Source: a virus (taxonomy: Duplodnaviria > Heunggongvirae > Uroviricota > Caudoviricetes). Taken from it: 64,000 nt of DNA. Location: the IMG/VR virus record IMGVR_UViG_3300025073_000001; one strand, given 5' to 3'. This document shows, in pieces, positions 45,187 to 54,560 of this stretch; positions within the stretch are counted from its first letter, which is position 1, and the number at the start of each line of letters is the position of its first letter. The position numbers and the translations under genes are program-made. The notes under the pieces are model-generated. The model was not told the origin of the DNA. It saw only the letters and a program-made list of their open reading frames with translations, and did not search any database.

Positions 45187-48129
45187 TTAACTTTGGCTTT
45201 CAATGATTTGAATTTCTTCGGGTGTTAGTTCATACAACTCATACACTATTTCATTTATTCGCTGCTCAGCATAGTCAATACGGTTTTGTAGGTGGTCAAG
45301 GTTGCCTTGTAGATTCACTTCCCACTTCTCTGTATTTAATTGTAGAAGTTTATCGACTAATGAAATTGTCTCATTATATAGTTTCAAACTGTCTCCTTTG
45401 AATTTGATGTAGTCTATTACACTCGTATTTTCTAAATATTTTATTTTTAAGTTTATATCAAGAAACTGCTCCCTGTAATAATAGTTATAAAGTTTTGAAT
45501 TTAGGATAGCGAGAAGAAATTTCAGTTCGCCTTTATCATTTTTTAGAGAATTTATATAAATAACACCATCACCGACAAATAGACCACTTTCATCATAAGT
45601 GCCTACTAACCGTTGTTTTAGCTTTTGATTTCTGATTTTTTGGAAAAGTATTTTGGGGATTTCAAACGTTGCTTGTTCTCTTGGCCATTGAAGTGAATAC
45701 CAAGGAATAAGATTACGCTGCACTTCTCGACGCTTTTCAAGTTGAATTTTGCACGGACTTATTACTCTTTCTGCATCTGGAAATAACTTCAAGTCAATTT
45801 TCTTTGTTACATAGATGATGTGATGTTCTGGATTTCTAAGGCTAAACCTATCAAAGTCTGAACCAAAGATAAAATCTTTTAATAGCTCCTTTTCAATTTT
45901 TGGAGTGTCTTTTTTGTTATAGATGTAAGCACAGTTAAGCCCTGTAACTATTCCTTGAATCACCTTAAATCTGTTTGCAATTTTTAAAGATTGCTTCTCA
46001 ATTCTATTAAAAAGATCTTTTGTTTCTTCGGAAGATAGATTAATAATATTTTCTCTGTTTAGCAAAAAGGTTTTTTGTGAAATTGACGTTTCTTTGACTG
46101 TAAAGAGGTTCGTTTTCGTTGTATTGCTTTCAATAAGTTTCGTATTTATACGAATTTTATTGCTTTTAGAAATAACTATTATAATAGTATCATTATTGGC
46201 ATCTTCGAAAACCTTATTGCCCACAGAATTTATTTCCTCAAAGTGGAATGCTTCTAAAATATTTTTTCTCAAATCTTCAAATGCAGAATTTCGCAAAAAC
46301 TGCATGGGAATAATAAAACTTAGTTTGCCTTGGCTATTTAAAACCTTCAAGCCTTTGTCGACAAAGAGGCCAAACAAGTCGAGTCTTTTTTTGAGGAGAG
46401 GATATTTAATATTATAATAAGTTCGTTCTATATGGCTAATGCCATCTATTGCAACGTATGGGGGATTACCGATGATACAATCGAAGCCGCCCTGTTTAAA
46501 TACTTCCGGAAATTTTGATTTCCAATTAAACGGCTTAATCTTCTTGTCCTCGCCAAAATCTAACTGTCCTTCGTAAAAGTCAAAATCTATAAGTGAATTA
46601 CCGCTTTTGATATTATTTTCAAGTGTTGGCAATACTCGCTCAAAAGTCATTGTTGTTTGCATGGATGCAGTTGTTTCGCCTTCCATGCACTTCATCAAGA
46701 GGCTCAATTTTGTTACCTCAACGGCTTGCGTATCAATATCAACCCCAAAAATATTGTTGAGCAGGATTTGTTTTTTGACGTGTGTGGTCAACCTTCCATC
46801 AGGTGTTAATGGGCTGTCTTTCAGGTTACGGCTCTTTTTATAGTTTTTAATGTACCAGTCTGTGTGATAAACTAAAAGGTACTGGTACGCACCCAAAAGA
46901 AAAGAGCCACTACCACAAGCCGGATCGCAAATTTTTATTTTCTTGATTTCATCGGGCGGTTTGCCTTCGACAAGTTTCCCTACCGTATTTTTTACGATGT
47001 ATTCAACAATATATTGCGGGGTGTAAAAAACGCCACCTGCCTTTCTGACTTCTGGTTTTTCTTCAACAATGGCTTGATGGTCTGGTGTCAGGCGAATAAC
47101 TTTCCCCAAAAACCTTTCATAAGCCGTACCTAAAATTTCTACTCCGATAACCGAAAATTCATAGGGCGATTTTGGAAAGTACAATTCATCAACAATATTT
47201 TTAATCACCTCATTATCAATGATTACAGATTTTGAAAGCGTGTCCTTTGTAAAATCGAATAGCCCTGAATTGTATTTTCTATCTGCATCCTCAAATACCT
47301 GATACATATTGCGGAAATAGCCGCCTTCATCGTTGGAATTGACCAAACAGCCTTTTAGTTTTCCGTAAGGTTCTGCTCCCCTGTCCTCACAGTTGCGAAT
47401 GAATACAATTCGGTTTATGTTCATTTGAACAAGGTAGTTTATTTCTTCCTCGTTCAAATGCTTGTTTCTCAAAGCAATAGAGGTCGCCAAATAATTACGC
47501 CATTCATCTAATGACTGCAAAAATGCAGAATCAACGCTTAGAGTGCCTTTTTTGACAGTTTTTGCAAATCGGTCAAGACTGCCTTTTAATACCTGTTCCT
47601 TTGAAAATAAATCCCATAGGGCATCAAATTTTTCAAGGTATTGGTCGTAGGTAATGTACTCTATTCTTGCAAGTTTAGCAGGGTCAGTCTGCTTTGGTTG
47701 TATTGTGCAGTCGTAAATAGCAAACTCTTCAAAATCAGTTAGAATTGAGATGTGTACTTCTGGGTCATTCCAGCCATAACGCCGCAATTGATATGATGGA
47801 ACAATATCAGTTTCTATTTGAATAGATGGTTTTTTGGCTTCTAAGAAGAACTTTCTCTTGCCATCAACACGGAAACTATAATCAGGCGCTTTGCTCTTGC
47901 CTTCAATCGTTACTCTATCCTCATGCACAACATCCCTATCAGAATCTATTGCCCGTCTTTTCGTATTATTAGTGTCCCAACCCAAAGCATCAAAAAACGG
48001 ATTGATGAATTGATTTCGTGTTTCAGTTTCATTTTGAGTCTTTTTGAAGACTTCAATTTGGCTTGCAAATTGCTCTACTAATTCGGCAATTTTATCGTAT
48101 GCTTCTTGTTTTGACGGGCTATTTTTCAT
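45187..48129 (-). CDS. Single-chain type IIG restriction-modification enzyme (Eco57I/TaqI_C-like architecture)
   Basis: N-terminal PD...EAKK nuclease, DPACGSGSF (motif I), IIGNPPY (motif IV), C-terminal TRD; 980 aa uninterrupted. Confidence 0.9.
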   Translation of the reverse strand: MKNSPSKQEAYDKIAELVEQFASQIEVFKKTQNETETRNQFINPFFDALGWDTNNTKRRAIDSDRDVVHEDRVTIEGKSKAPDYSFRVDGKRKFFLEAKKPSIQIETDIVPSYQLRRYGWNDPEVHISILTDFEEFAIYDCTIQPKQTDPAKLARIEYITYDQYLEKFDALWDLFSKEQVLKGSLDRFAKTVKKGTLSVDSAFLQSLDEWRNYLATSIALRNKHLNEEEINYLVQMNINRIVFIRNCEDRGAEPYGKLKGCLVNSNDEGGYFRNMYQVFEDADRKYNSGLFDFTKDTLSKSVIIDNEVIKNIVDELYFPKSPYEFSVIGVEILGTAYERFLGKVIRLTPDHQAIVEEKPEVRKAGGVFYTPQYIVEYIVKNTVGKLVEGKPPDEIKKIKICDPACGSGSFLLGAYQYLLVYHTDWYIKNYKKSRNLKDSPLTPDGRLTTHVKKQILLNNIFGVDIDTQAVEVTKLSLLMKCMEGETTASMQTTMTFERVLPTLENNIKSGNSLIDFDFYEGQLDFGEDKKIKPFNWKSKFPEVFKQGGFDCIIGNPPYVAIDGISHIERTYYNIKYPLLKKRLDLFGLFVDKGLKVLNSQGKLSFIIPMQFLRNSAFEDLRKNILEAFHFEEINSVGNKVFEDANNDTIIIVISKSNKIRINTKLIESNTTKTNLFTVKETSISQKTFLLNRENIINLSSEETKDLFNRIEKQSLKIANRFKVIQGIVTGLNCAYIYNKKDTPKIEKELLKDFIFGSDFDRFSLRNPEHHIIYVTKKIDLKLFPDAERVISPCKIQLEKRREVQRNLIPWYSLQWPREQATFEIPKILFQKIRNQKLKQRLVGTYDESGLFVGDGVIYINSLKNDKGELKFLLAILNSKLYNYYYREQFLDINLKIKYLENTSVIDYIKFKGDSLKLYNETISLVDKLLQLNTEKWEVNLQGNLDHLQNRIDYAEQRINEIVYELYELTPEEIQIIESQS

Positions 48130-48205
48130 ATAAAACTATCCTTGTTAATCAAAGAGTTGAATTTTGCAAAGGAAGCAAAAAACTTGATTTTTTCTTCTCA
48201 AAAAA

Positions 48206-48237
48206 TTTGGCATTGTGTGTAACATCGCCTAATTTTG
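48206..48237 (+). promoter_or_regulatory. Bacteroidota-type promoter of the transposase
   Basis: TTTG-N20-TAATTTTG. Confidence 0.7.
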
Positions 48238-48258
48238 TACCATACAAAACGCAATTAG

Positions 48259-49221
48259 ATGGATTTCAACTTCAAAACGATTCACGACTTTAACGACTAC
48301 TTCAAAGACGAAGAAACTTGTTATCGCTTCCTTGAAAATCAACGCTGGAACGATGTTCCTGTTTGCCCCCACTGTGCATCTGCAAAAGCACCTTACTTCG
48401 TTAAAGCAAGAGGCAAGTTTCAACACATTCCTTCCTACCGTTGCAGTGAACGCGGTTGCAAACTTCCGTTCACTGTTCGCACTGGCAGCATCTTTGAAGG
48501 TTCAAAAGTAGAACTTCGTAAGTGGTTTCAAGCAGCCTACGAAATTTCTACCTCAAAGAAAGGGATTAGTTCCGTTGAGCTCGCTACACGCATCGGTGTT
48601 TCTCAAAAAACTGCTTGGTTCGTTAACCATCGCATTCGTACCATGCTTACAAACGTTGCTCCTGAAATGTTGGAAGGCACAGTTGAAGCAGATGAAACTT
48701 TCGTAGGTGGCAAGAACAAAAACCGTCATTCTTCCAAAAAAGTAGCCAACTCGCAAGGTCGGGCACACGTTGACAAAACGGCTGTCGTTGGGTTGCTGCA
48801 ACGCAGTGGCAAGGTAAAAACTTTCGTTGTCCCCAATACCAGTGCTGACACTTTGCAAAGCCTCATGGTTGAAAATGTTGCTCCACAAGCCGTTGTTATT
48901 ACCGATGCTTACGCATCCTACAAAGGGCTTGAAAAACATTTCAACAAGCACATTTCTGTTAAACATACAGCAGGTTGCTACAAAACCGTAGGCGACAATC
49001 ACACCAACAACATTGAAGGCTTTTGGAGCCAGTTTAAACGTGGCGTAATTGGAATTTACCACTATGTTTCCCCGCAACATTTGCACCGCTACTGTGCCGA
49101 ATTTGAAACCCGTTACAACGGACGAAACGAAGGGAACGTTGCACAGTTTTTTGAAGTTGTAAAGAACAGCGACAAAAGACGGATAAGATATAAAGAACTA
49201 ACTTCAACTTGTCAACCTTAA
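48259..49221 (+). CDS. IS1595-family (ISXO2-like) DDE transposase
   Basis: CPHC...C zinc ribbon, HTH, VEADETFVG, ITDAYASY, TNNIEGFWSQFKR. Confidence 0.95.
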   Translation: MDFNFKTIHDFNDYFKDEETCYRFLENQRWNDVPVCPHCASAKAPYFVKARGKFQHIPSYRCSERGCKLPFTVRTGSIFEGSKVELRKWFQAAYEISTSKKGISSVELATRIGVSQKTAWFVNHRIRTMLTNVAPEMLEGTVEADETFVGGKNKNRHSSKKVANSQGRAHVDKTAVVGLLQRSGKVKTFVVPNTSADTLQSLMVENVAPQAVVITDAYASYKGLEKHFNKHISVKHTAGCYKTVGDNHTNNIEGFWSQFKRGVIGIYHYVSPQHLHRYCAEFETRYNGRNEGNVAQFFEVVKNSDKRRIRYKELTSTCQP

Positions 49222-49298
49222 TAAATGAGCCGCACAAAAATTGCGGCTTTTTTATTTTTTTGGATGTATTTTTGCTTTCCACTTCAAATCTTAAACCC

Positions 49299-49733
49299 AT
49301 GTCGGACACCCTAATTTCGTTTCTGGAAGGCTTTGAGCCTACCAATGAGGTGCAGACCGTGTTGCATACCATTTTTACCATACAGGCAATGTTTGAAAAG
49401 AATAATGAGGACGATTTATTCTTTCAAACATCAAAGGAAATGCAGTTTAAACTACTTGAAATGGCAAAGAAAAAATATTCTTTGCTGACTGAGGTTGTAA
49501 ATAATGGCAGTTTAGAGCAATTCAATTCACATATCCAAAGGATTAAAGATGAAATAGAACAGTTCACCAGCGAACACGAAATGAACTCAATAACAGGGCA
49601 AAAGGTGAACGACTTAAACTCCCAATTAAAAAGTGTTCGGGCATTCATAGAAGCAAAGGAAAAGTACAACACCTTGAAAACTTTGGATGAATTGATGAAA
49701 GACGAAAGGGTTTTGATGGAGATTTTTTCTTGA
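49299..49733 (+). CDS. Transposon passenger helical protein
   Basis: Start re-called to ATG 49299 (MSDTLISF). Confidence 0.55.
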   Translation: MSDTLISFLEGFEPTNEVQTVLHTIFTIQAMFEKNNEDDLFFQTSKEMQFKLLEMAKKKYSLLTEVVNNGSLEQFNSHIQRIKDEIEQFTSEHEMNSITGQKVNDLNSQLKSVRAFIEAKEKYNTLKTLDELMKDERVLMEIFS

Positions 49734-49776
49734 TCTTTAAACATTGAGGTTCACCCTAATTTTGTGACGAAAAATA

Positions 49777-50043
49777 TTGATTATGAATGAAATTCAACTT
49801 AATGAACTCAAAAGCCGTGCAGAAAAATTGAAAAATGAGCCTGTTTACTATGAAATTAATATCCAAGGTAAAATGATATTAGTTGATGGTGTTTTTTCTA
49901 AAATTGGAGAAATGCAAGGTATAGGTGAAGTTGGCGAGCATCTTAGTTACAAAATTGAAGGGATTATTCTAACTCCCACAGGGAAATCAATCCGTAGACC
50001 ATTATTAGAAATTGTCCAGTTTATAGAGTCTAAGAAGCACTGA
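49777..50043 (+). CDS. Transposon passenger hypothetical protein
   Basis: 88 aa; TAATTTTG -7 box at 49757-49764. Confidence 0.5.
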   Translation: MIMNEIQLNELKSRAEKLKNEPVYYEINIQGKMILVDGVFSKIGEMQGIGEVGEHLSYKIEGIILTPTGKSIRRPLLEIVQFIESKKH

Positions 50044-50260
50044 TTTTTGAAATACGGACGTTTTCAGGGGGTACGATTCCTGCGTTAACTCCGCTTATCA
50101 TGAAATTAAGAACTGCTATTTTTGCATTAAAGCATAACGAGTTATCATTAATTATCTCAATTAAATGATTAAGGTACTCGTTTTCTTCTTCTTTACTGTG
50201 AAACTCACAGTGAAGATATTTATCAAGTAAATCGTTGTATGGCTTTCCGAAAATGAACAT
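50030..50260 (-). CDS. Transposon passenger hypothetical protein
   Basis: 76 aa; AAGGAG upstream; converges on 49777-50043. Confidence 0.45.
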   Translation of the reverse strand: MFIFGKPYNDLLDKYLHCEFHSKEEENEYLNHLIEIINDNSLCFNAKIAVLNFMISGVNAGIVPPENVRISKISAS

Positions 50261-50336
50261 TTTAAATTTCTCCTTTTGATATAATTATCTGAAATTTCTA
50301 AATTTTTACATTGCAAATTTAACTAATGTGTTTGAT

Positions 50337-50361
50337 TTGGGTGTAAATGGGTATAGTTGCC
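50337..50361 (-). repeat. Right terminal inverted repeat
   Basis: Exact reverse complement of 44647-44671. Confidence 0.95.
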
Positions 50362-50496
50362 TTTTTTTATTTTAGCATCTTTATTTACGGATGCATCTAT
50401 TTTTTTCAATTCAATTTGAATTAATTTATCAACTTTATCTGTTGAACTTCTCATATCAAATATTTTATTACCTTCTATCAAAGATTTCAATTTCAT
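50362..50496 (-). pseudogene. 5' fragment of the interrupted class-B leader gene
   Basis: MKLKSLIEGNKIFDMRSSTDKVDKLIQIELKKIDASVNKDAKIKK, 45 codons ending in the TSD. Confidence 0.75.
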
Positions 50497-50497
50497 A

Positions 50498-52000
50498 TTA
50501 CATTACTCCAAGCATTCCAAATACAAATCCAATCCAAACAAAGTCGAGCTTGAGCTTGATTAATGCTTCCGAACTAAAAGTTTTCTTCAGTGGTTTATTT
50601 AATTTACCAACTGCTAATAATTCCTTCGCATCATTATAAAGACCACAAGTTGTTATATAGGTCGTTGGATTTCCAATCATTGTTGGTTCAGCCAAATCAC
50701 CTTCAGAACCTGTTGTAAAGGTTGGGTTATTGGTGAAATTATATTCTGAATTCTTAACTCGAATGAAGAAGTGCGATGATTTAACCTTTTCAGCCGATCT
50801 TCCAGCGAATCCTAAGTAATCGCCTGACGTATCAGTGTAAAGTGCGGCTCCAGAAATTGCAGTGAATAGTTTATAAGCGTTGTCACCTGGAATTTCAGAT
50901 CCAGTTACGGTTAAGAAGGATGATGATTGATCAAGTTTATCACCGTTCAATACCACAATTCCCAATCTTCTATAAAGTTTTCCGTAATAATGAGGAGCAG
51001 ATGAATTATAAATTCCATCTTCAATTGTTCCTGAAACGATGTTGTAAGTTTCTCCAGCAGTCGTAATTGTAGCAGCAGTCGTTCTTGAATCATCAATTAA
51101 TCTAAGGACGGCTTGAGTTGGGAAAACCGTGACGTTTGAGCCAGTCCAAGCATTTTGTGCTCCACCTCCTGCTAACCATTGTGAACCAGATAATCTTTGA
51201 AGGTTTATTTCAATATTCCCTTCATCAATGTATTCACGCATCCTAGCACGATTGATATTAATTGCATAAATAGAGTCAGTCGTCACACCTCCAATGGTAA
51301 ATCTTTCTTCACCTGGATCTAAACATAATTGCTTGTATTGTCCGTAAATTGCTCTTGATGGCGTGTCATTAACTTGACCTCCTTCGTCGGCTGAACCTGA
51401 ACCTTGTTTATGGCCCCATGCTACTGCAAATTGACTCTCAGAACCACATTCTCCAGAACCGCTGTTAAAAATATCATAGTAATATCTCTTCGAGGTTGCG
51501 TTTTGGGCTGATGAGGTATAAAAGGTTAACAAGTTACCTACATTTCCGCTCCACAATGCCCGAGTGACCGTTTCTTGTTGATTCGGAACAATATCTCCAT
51601 CTTCAAATCGAGTCCAAATTCTACCTGAACCTAAATTCAGAGGAGGTGGTCCGGAAGGGCCAGTTGGAAGATTTGGTCCCGATGGTGGATTTCTACTTGG
51701 AGGTTGTCCAGGGAATATTGGTCCACCAGTTTCAGGCAAGACATCAGTCGTCGGAGTGACGTTGTGAACAGTATTGTTCCCATCTAAGACGAAGAAGTTT
51801 CCTGCTTGGTCTTGATTACCTTGAACCACGATTCCCGGTGCAACTTGCTTGACAACAGGTTGAGTTCCAACCAGAACTTCCGGATTGGTTGAAACCGCTT
51901 TGACATCAAGTCCAAGTTCCTGCATTTTAGCAATTTGACTCGCATCAACTGTCGGTTGAGGTTGAACTTGTTGAACGCTTCCTTTTTTAATAAATCCCAT
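50498..52000 (-). CDS. Virion structural (tail) protein, paralogue of 42953-44569
   Basis: GNLLTFYTSS, FIRVKNSEYNFTNNPTF, GLYNDAKELLAVGKL. Confidence 0.72.
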   Translation of the reverse strand: MGFIKKGSVQQVQPQPTVDASQIAKMQELGLDVKAVSTNPEVLVGTQPVVKQVAPGIVVQGNQDQAGNFFVLDGNNTVHNVTPTTDVLPETGGPIFPGQPPSRNPPSGPNLPTGPSGPPPLNLGSGRIWTRFEDGDIVPNQQETVTRALWSGNVGNLLTFYTSSAQNATSKRYYYDIFNSGSGECGSESQFAVAWGHKQGSGSADEGGQVNDTPSRAIYGQYKQLCLDPGEERFTIGGVTTDSIYAININRARMREYIDEGNIEINLQRLSGSQWLAGGGAQNAWTGSNVTVFPTQAVLRLIDDSRTTAATITTAGETYNIVSGTIEDGIYNSSAPHYYGKLYRRLGIVVLNGDKLDQSSSFLTVTGSEIPGDNAYKLFTAISGAALYTDTSGDYLGFAGRSAEKVKSSHFFIRVKNSEYNFTNNPTFTTGSEGDLAEPTMIGNPTTYITTCGLYNDAKELLAVGKLNKPLKKTFSSEALIKLKLDFVWIGFVFGMLGVM

Positions 52001-52015
52001 CTATTTTCCTAAATT

Positions 52016-52540
52016 TTATTTCTTGTAAACAATGAACCCTGTTTGTCTCTGTTCAGCATCGTATCCATTAATTTTATCCAATTGCTTCCAAATAAACGCT
52101 TTATATAAATCGAATTTTTGGAGGTTTGATCCTCCAGACTTTTTTGGAGTTGGTTCGACATAAAGCAAATCAGGGTTCATTTCATCTATAAATTCATTTG
52201 CAATTGCAGTAACGGTTGACATAGTTCTTAATAAGATTTCCGAATTGGATGGTTTAAATTGTAAATCGGCTCCACCAATATTATACGCTAAATTGAAAAC
52301 GTTTGTCGATTTTTTAAATTCATTTGGAATAACTGAATTTTTCAACGCTTTTGGAAATTCTTGAAGTGATTGAAAATCAACTTGTGCTAAATGTTTATCA
52401 TTAGGTCCAAATCTGACCATAAAATCATATTTTACTGAACTTCGTCTTTTATGCGGAAACGGTTTAGAAGTAGAATCTCCAATTTCTTGAATAATTATTT
52501 CTTCAATTAAACTTCTAAGTTGATATACTTTTGATGCCAT
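52016..52540 (-). CDS. Class-B leader protein, member of the four-paralogue family
   Basis: LRSLIEEIIIQE/IGD; LRTMSTVTAIANEFIDEMNPDLLY. Confidence 0.55.
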   Translation of the reverse strand: MASKVYQLRSLIEEIIIQEIGDSTSKPFPHKRRSSVKYDFMVRFGPNDKHLAQVDFQSLQEFPKALKNSVIPNEFKKSTNVFNLAYNIGGADLQFKPSNSEILLRTMSTVTAIANEFIDEMNPDLLYVEPTPKKSGGSNLQKFDLYKAFIWKQLDKINGYDAEQRQTGFIVYKK

Positions 52541-52545
52541 TTCTA

Positions 52546-53250
52546 TTAAGTGATTTTAACTGGTGGATTTCCCGTCAATGGAATATTTGGAGTCGTGTTA
52601 TTAGTGACTTTCTGAACTGTAATATTTGCAACTACCCTTCCGCCAGTTTCATTTCCAATAATTGTCAATGTGGTTGAACGTGCTGCCAATGATAACATAT
52701 TCGCAGTCAATACGATTGATTTACCAACCAAAGTGATTGCTTGACCAATTTCACTTTCTGATTGTGAACCCGGAGTAAAGTTTCCTTGACCTTGATATTG
52801 TTGACCTGGTGCGATTTGATCAATGTAAGCACTACAAACGTCCGAATCTGCTAAGACGAAAGTATATCCGAAAGTTGAATTACCATCGGTATAGTTTGTG
52901 GTTTGTGGCGTTAATGTGACGCTCTGACCAGCAGTTAAAGTGTAACTGGTCTGGGACAAAGCCACTACTGGAATACGCGAAGTGCGACGAGGCAAAGTCA
53001 CAAGTTTCGATTTCATGTTTTGCGTTTCATCTGGAACGGCTTCAGTGATGGGCATATTTTCAATTACAATTCCATAGTAATTCGTTCCGAGTGGATGATC
53101 AGCATTCCATAAGGAATAGTCAATTTCATCATCCGCCAAACAAAATTGTGTTATATTAAAATTTCCATTACCTTTCGCAAGTAACTCACGTCCTTTGCGT
53201 GTTAAAATTGCGTCAACAAGAATGCCGCCCGAATTATTCAGATAAGCCAT
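52546..53250 (-). CDS. Virion structural protein (tail/baseplate region)
   Basis: MAYLNN...VDAILTRKGRELLA...FCLADDEIDY. Confidence 0.65.
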   Translation of the reverse strand: MAYLNNSGGILVDAILTRKGRELLAKGNGNFNITQFCLADDEIDYSLWNADHPLGTNYYGIVIENMPITEAVPDETQNMKSKLVTLPRRTSRIPVVALSQTSYTLTAGQSVTLTPQTTNYTDGNSTFGYTFVLADSDVCSAYIDQIAPGQQYQGQGNFTPGSQSESEIGQAITLVGKSIVLTANMLSLAARSTTLTIIGNETGGRVVANITVQKVTNNTTPNIPLTGNPPVKIT

Positions 53251-53273
53251 TTTATTTATTTTCTCCGATTGTT

Positions 53274-54446
53274 TTAAAGATTGTGATGTTTAATATTAAA
53301 ATAAATTCTGTGAATTGTAACATTTGGAATACATTTTCTAATTCTTTCTTCTCGAAACTGACATTCTTCCTTCAAAACTCCCTTTCTAAAATGATGTCGT
53401 TCGTCAAATTCAATCCACAAATTAAGTTCCTTTGAATACGCATCTGCACAATATAAAGTTTTGAGTTCTTTATCATAAATTTTAAATTCTCCTTTTTCAC
53501 TTTCCCCATGTCTAAATTCAGTATTGTATCTGACATTTAAAATATCAACGATAAATGGAATAGTATCTTTATTGTAAAAAGTTTTAATTGTTGGATTTTC
53601 ACTTGCAGATTGTTTCTCGTGCCATTTTCTACGCGTTTCTGATATTTTTTCCAACATTGCCTTTTTGTCTTCTTCTGGCATATTCATTCTTGCATCAGAC
53701 ATAATGTATGAAAACGCAATCCGTTCTTCCACAGTCATATTTTCCCATCTCTTCTTATGTGCTTCAGATAAATTTTTACTATATTGTTCTAATTCTTCTG
53801 GAGTTTTATTTGCCCAAGTTTCTTTTAATTTTATATTACGTTCAATCTTTTGCTCTTCAGTTAACTTTCTTCCTTTTTGACAGCATGATCCACATTTAAC
53901 TGGAATATTTTCTTTTTGTCGTTTTAACGCAGAAACATATCCGGCCTTTGTTTTAAAAATTAAAGTCGTTCCACAATTTCCTTCACATTCCCATTTCCAA
54001 TCATCAGGATTTCTAGTATAAATTTGAGCAGGACCACAGACTTTTCTGAATTTAGGTCTACAATCTAGACAATATTGGTTATATCCTTTTTTAATCCGTT
54101 TTAATGCTCCGCTATAAGCATCTCTATTATCGTAATTTATAATATTAGAACAATCATCATTACTACATTCAATTTTCCAATTCTCTGAATTATTCATGAA
54201 ATTGGATTTTTCAGTGTGATTGTGAAATCTAATAATTTCATTGTATTTAAATGGTTTAACATTGACTTCGCCTCCACAACCACATTTACACTTTGGAATT
54301 TCATTGTTCAATAAATAAACATGAGTATATTCAAGTGAATTAATTTTATGAGTCTGAAGTAAATGCTGAGAAAGTGAACCTAGATTGACACATTCCCTGT
54401 CACAAATTTTGCAAATAATTGGTTCTTCTGTAATTAATTTAATCAT
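53274..54446 (-). CDS. Free-standing endonuclease (Zn fingers, NUMOD3-like region, Vsr/EDxHD-like domain)
   Basis: CKIC...HLLQTH, CKCGCG, several CxxC, ADAY...WIEFDERHH. Confidence 0.75.
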   Translation of the reverse strand: MIKLITEEPIICKICDRECVNLGSLSQHLLQTHKINSLEYTHVYLLNNEIPKCKCGCGGEVNVKPFKYNEIIRFHNHTEKSNFMNNSENWKIECSNDDCSNIINYDNRDAYSGALKRIKKGYNQYCLDCRPKFRKVCGPAQIYTRNPDDWKWECEGNCGTTLIFKTKAGYVSALKRQKENIPVKCGSCCQKGRKLTEEQKIERNIKLKETWANKTPEELEQYSKNLSEAHKKRWENMTVEERIAFSYIMSDARMNMPEEDKKAMLEKISETRRKWHEKQSASENPTIKTFYNKDTIPFIVDILNVRYNTEFRHGESEKGEFKIYDKELKTLYCADAYSKELNLWIEFDERHHFRKGVLKEECQFREERIRKCIPNVTIHRIYFNIKHHNL

Positions 54447-54467
54447 TTTCTCTTGTTTAACTAATAG

Positions 54468-54476
54468 ATAAATATT
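54468..54476 (-). promoter_or_regulatory. Putative late promoter element (variant AATATTTAT)
   Basis: One mismatch to GATANTTAT; 21 nt upstream of the endonuclease ATG. Confidence 0.35.
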
Positions 54477-54560
54477 TTACTGTTAATATAACATTTATCT
54501 TTGAGAATACCAAGTAAAAGTCAACAATTATTTTCTTTTGTTTTTATCTGAACCTTTGGA

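Larger units (their letters stand above)
44647..50361. mobile_element. IS1595-family cargo transposon, 5,715 bp
   Basis: Perfect 25-bp TIRs and 8-bp TSD TTTTTTTA (44639-44646, 50362-50369); holds the only credible plus-strand genes in the window. Confidence 0.93.

Noticed and set aside
44969-45190. Plus-strand hydrophobic ORFs (44969-45190, 44859-45110)
   Set aside because: Phe-rich shadow of the Lys-rich 52-aa minus-strand ORF; no independent support.
48160-48205. Possible host promoter for the R-M gene (TTCCTTTG)
   Set aside because: Mismatch at the conserved A and no -33 box at the right spacing; not called.
48553-49381. Minus-strand ORFs of 177 and 115 aa
   Set aside because: Antisense to the IS1595 transposase and its downstream gene.
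54496-54503. Plus-strand TATCTTTG -7 box
   Set aside because: No TTTG at 19-21 nt spacing and no plus-strand gene downstream.
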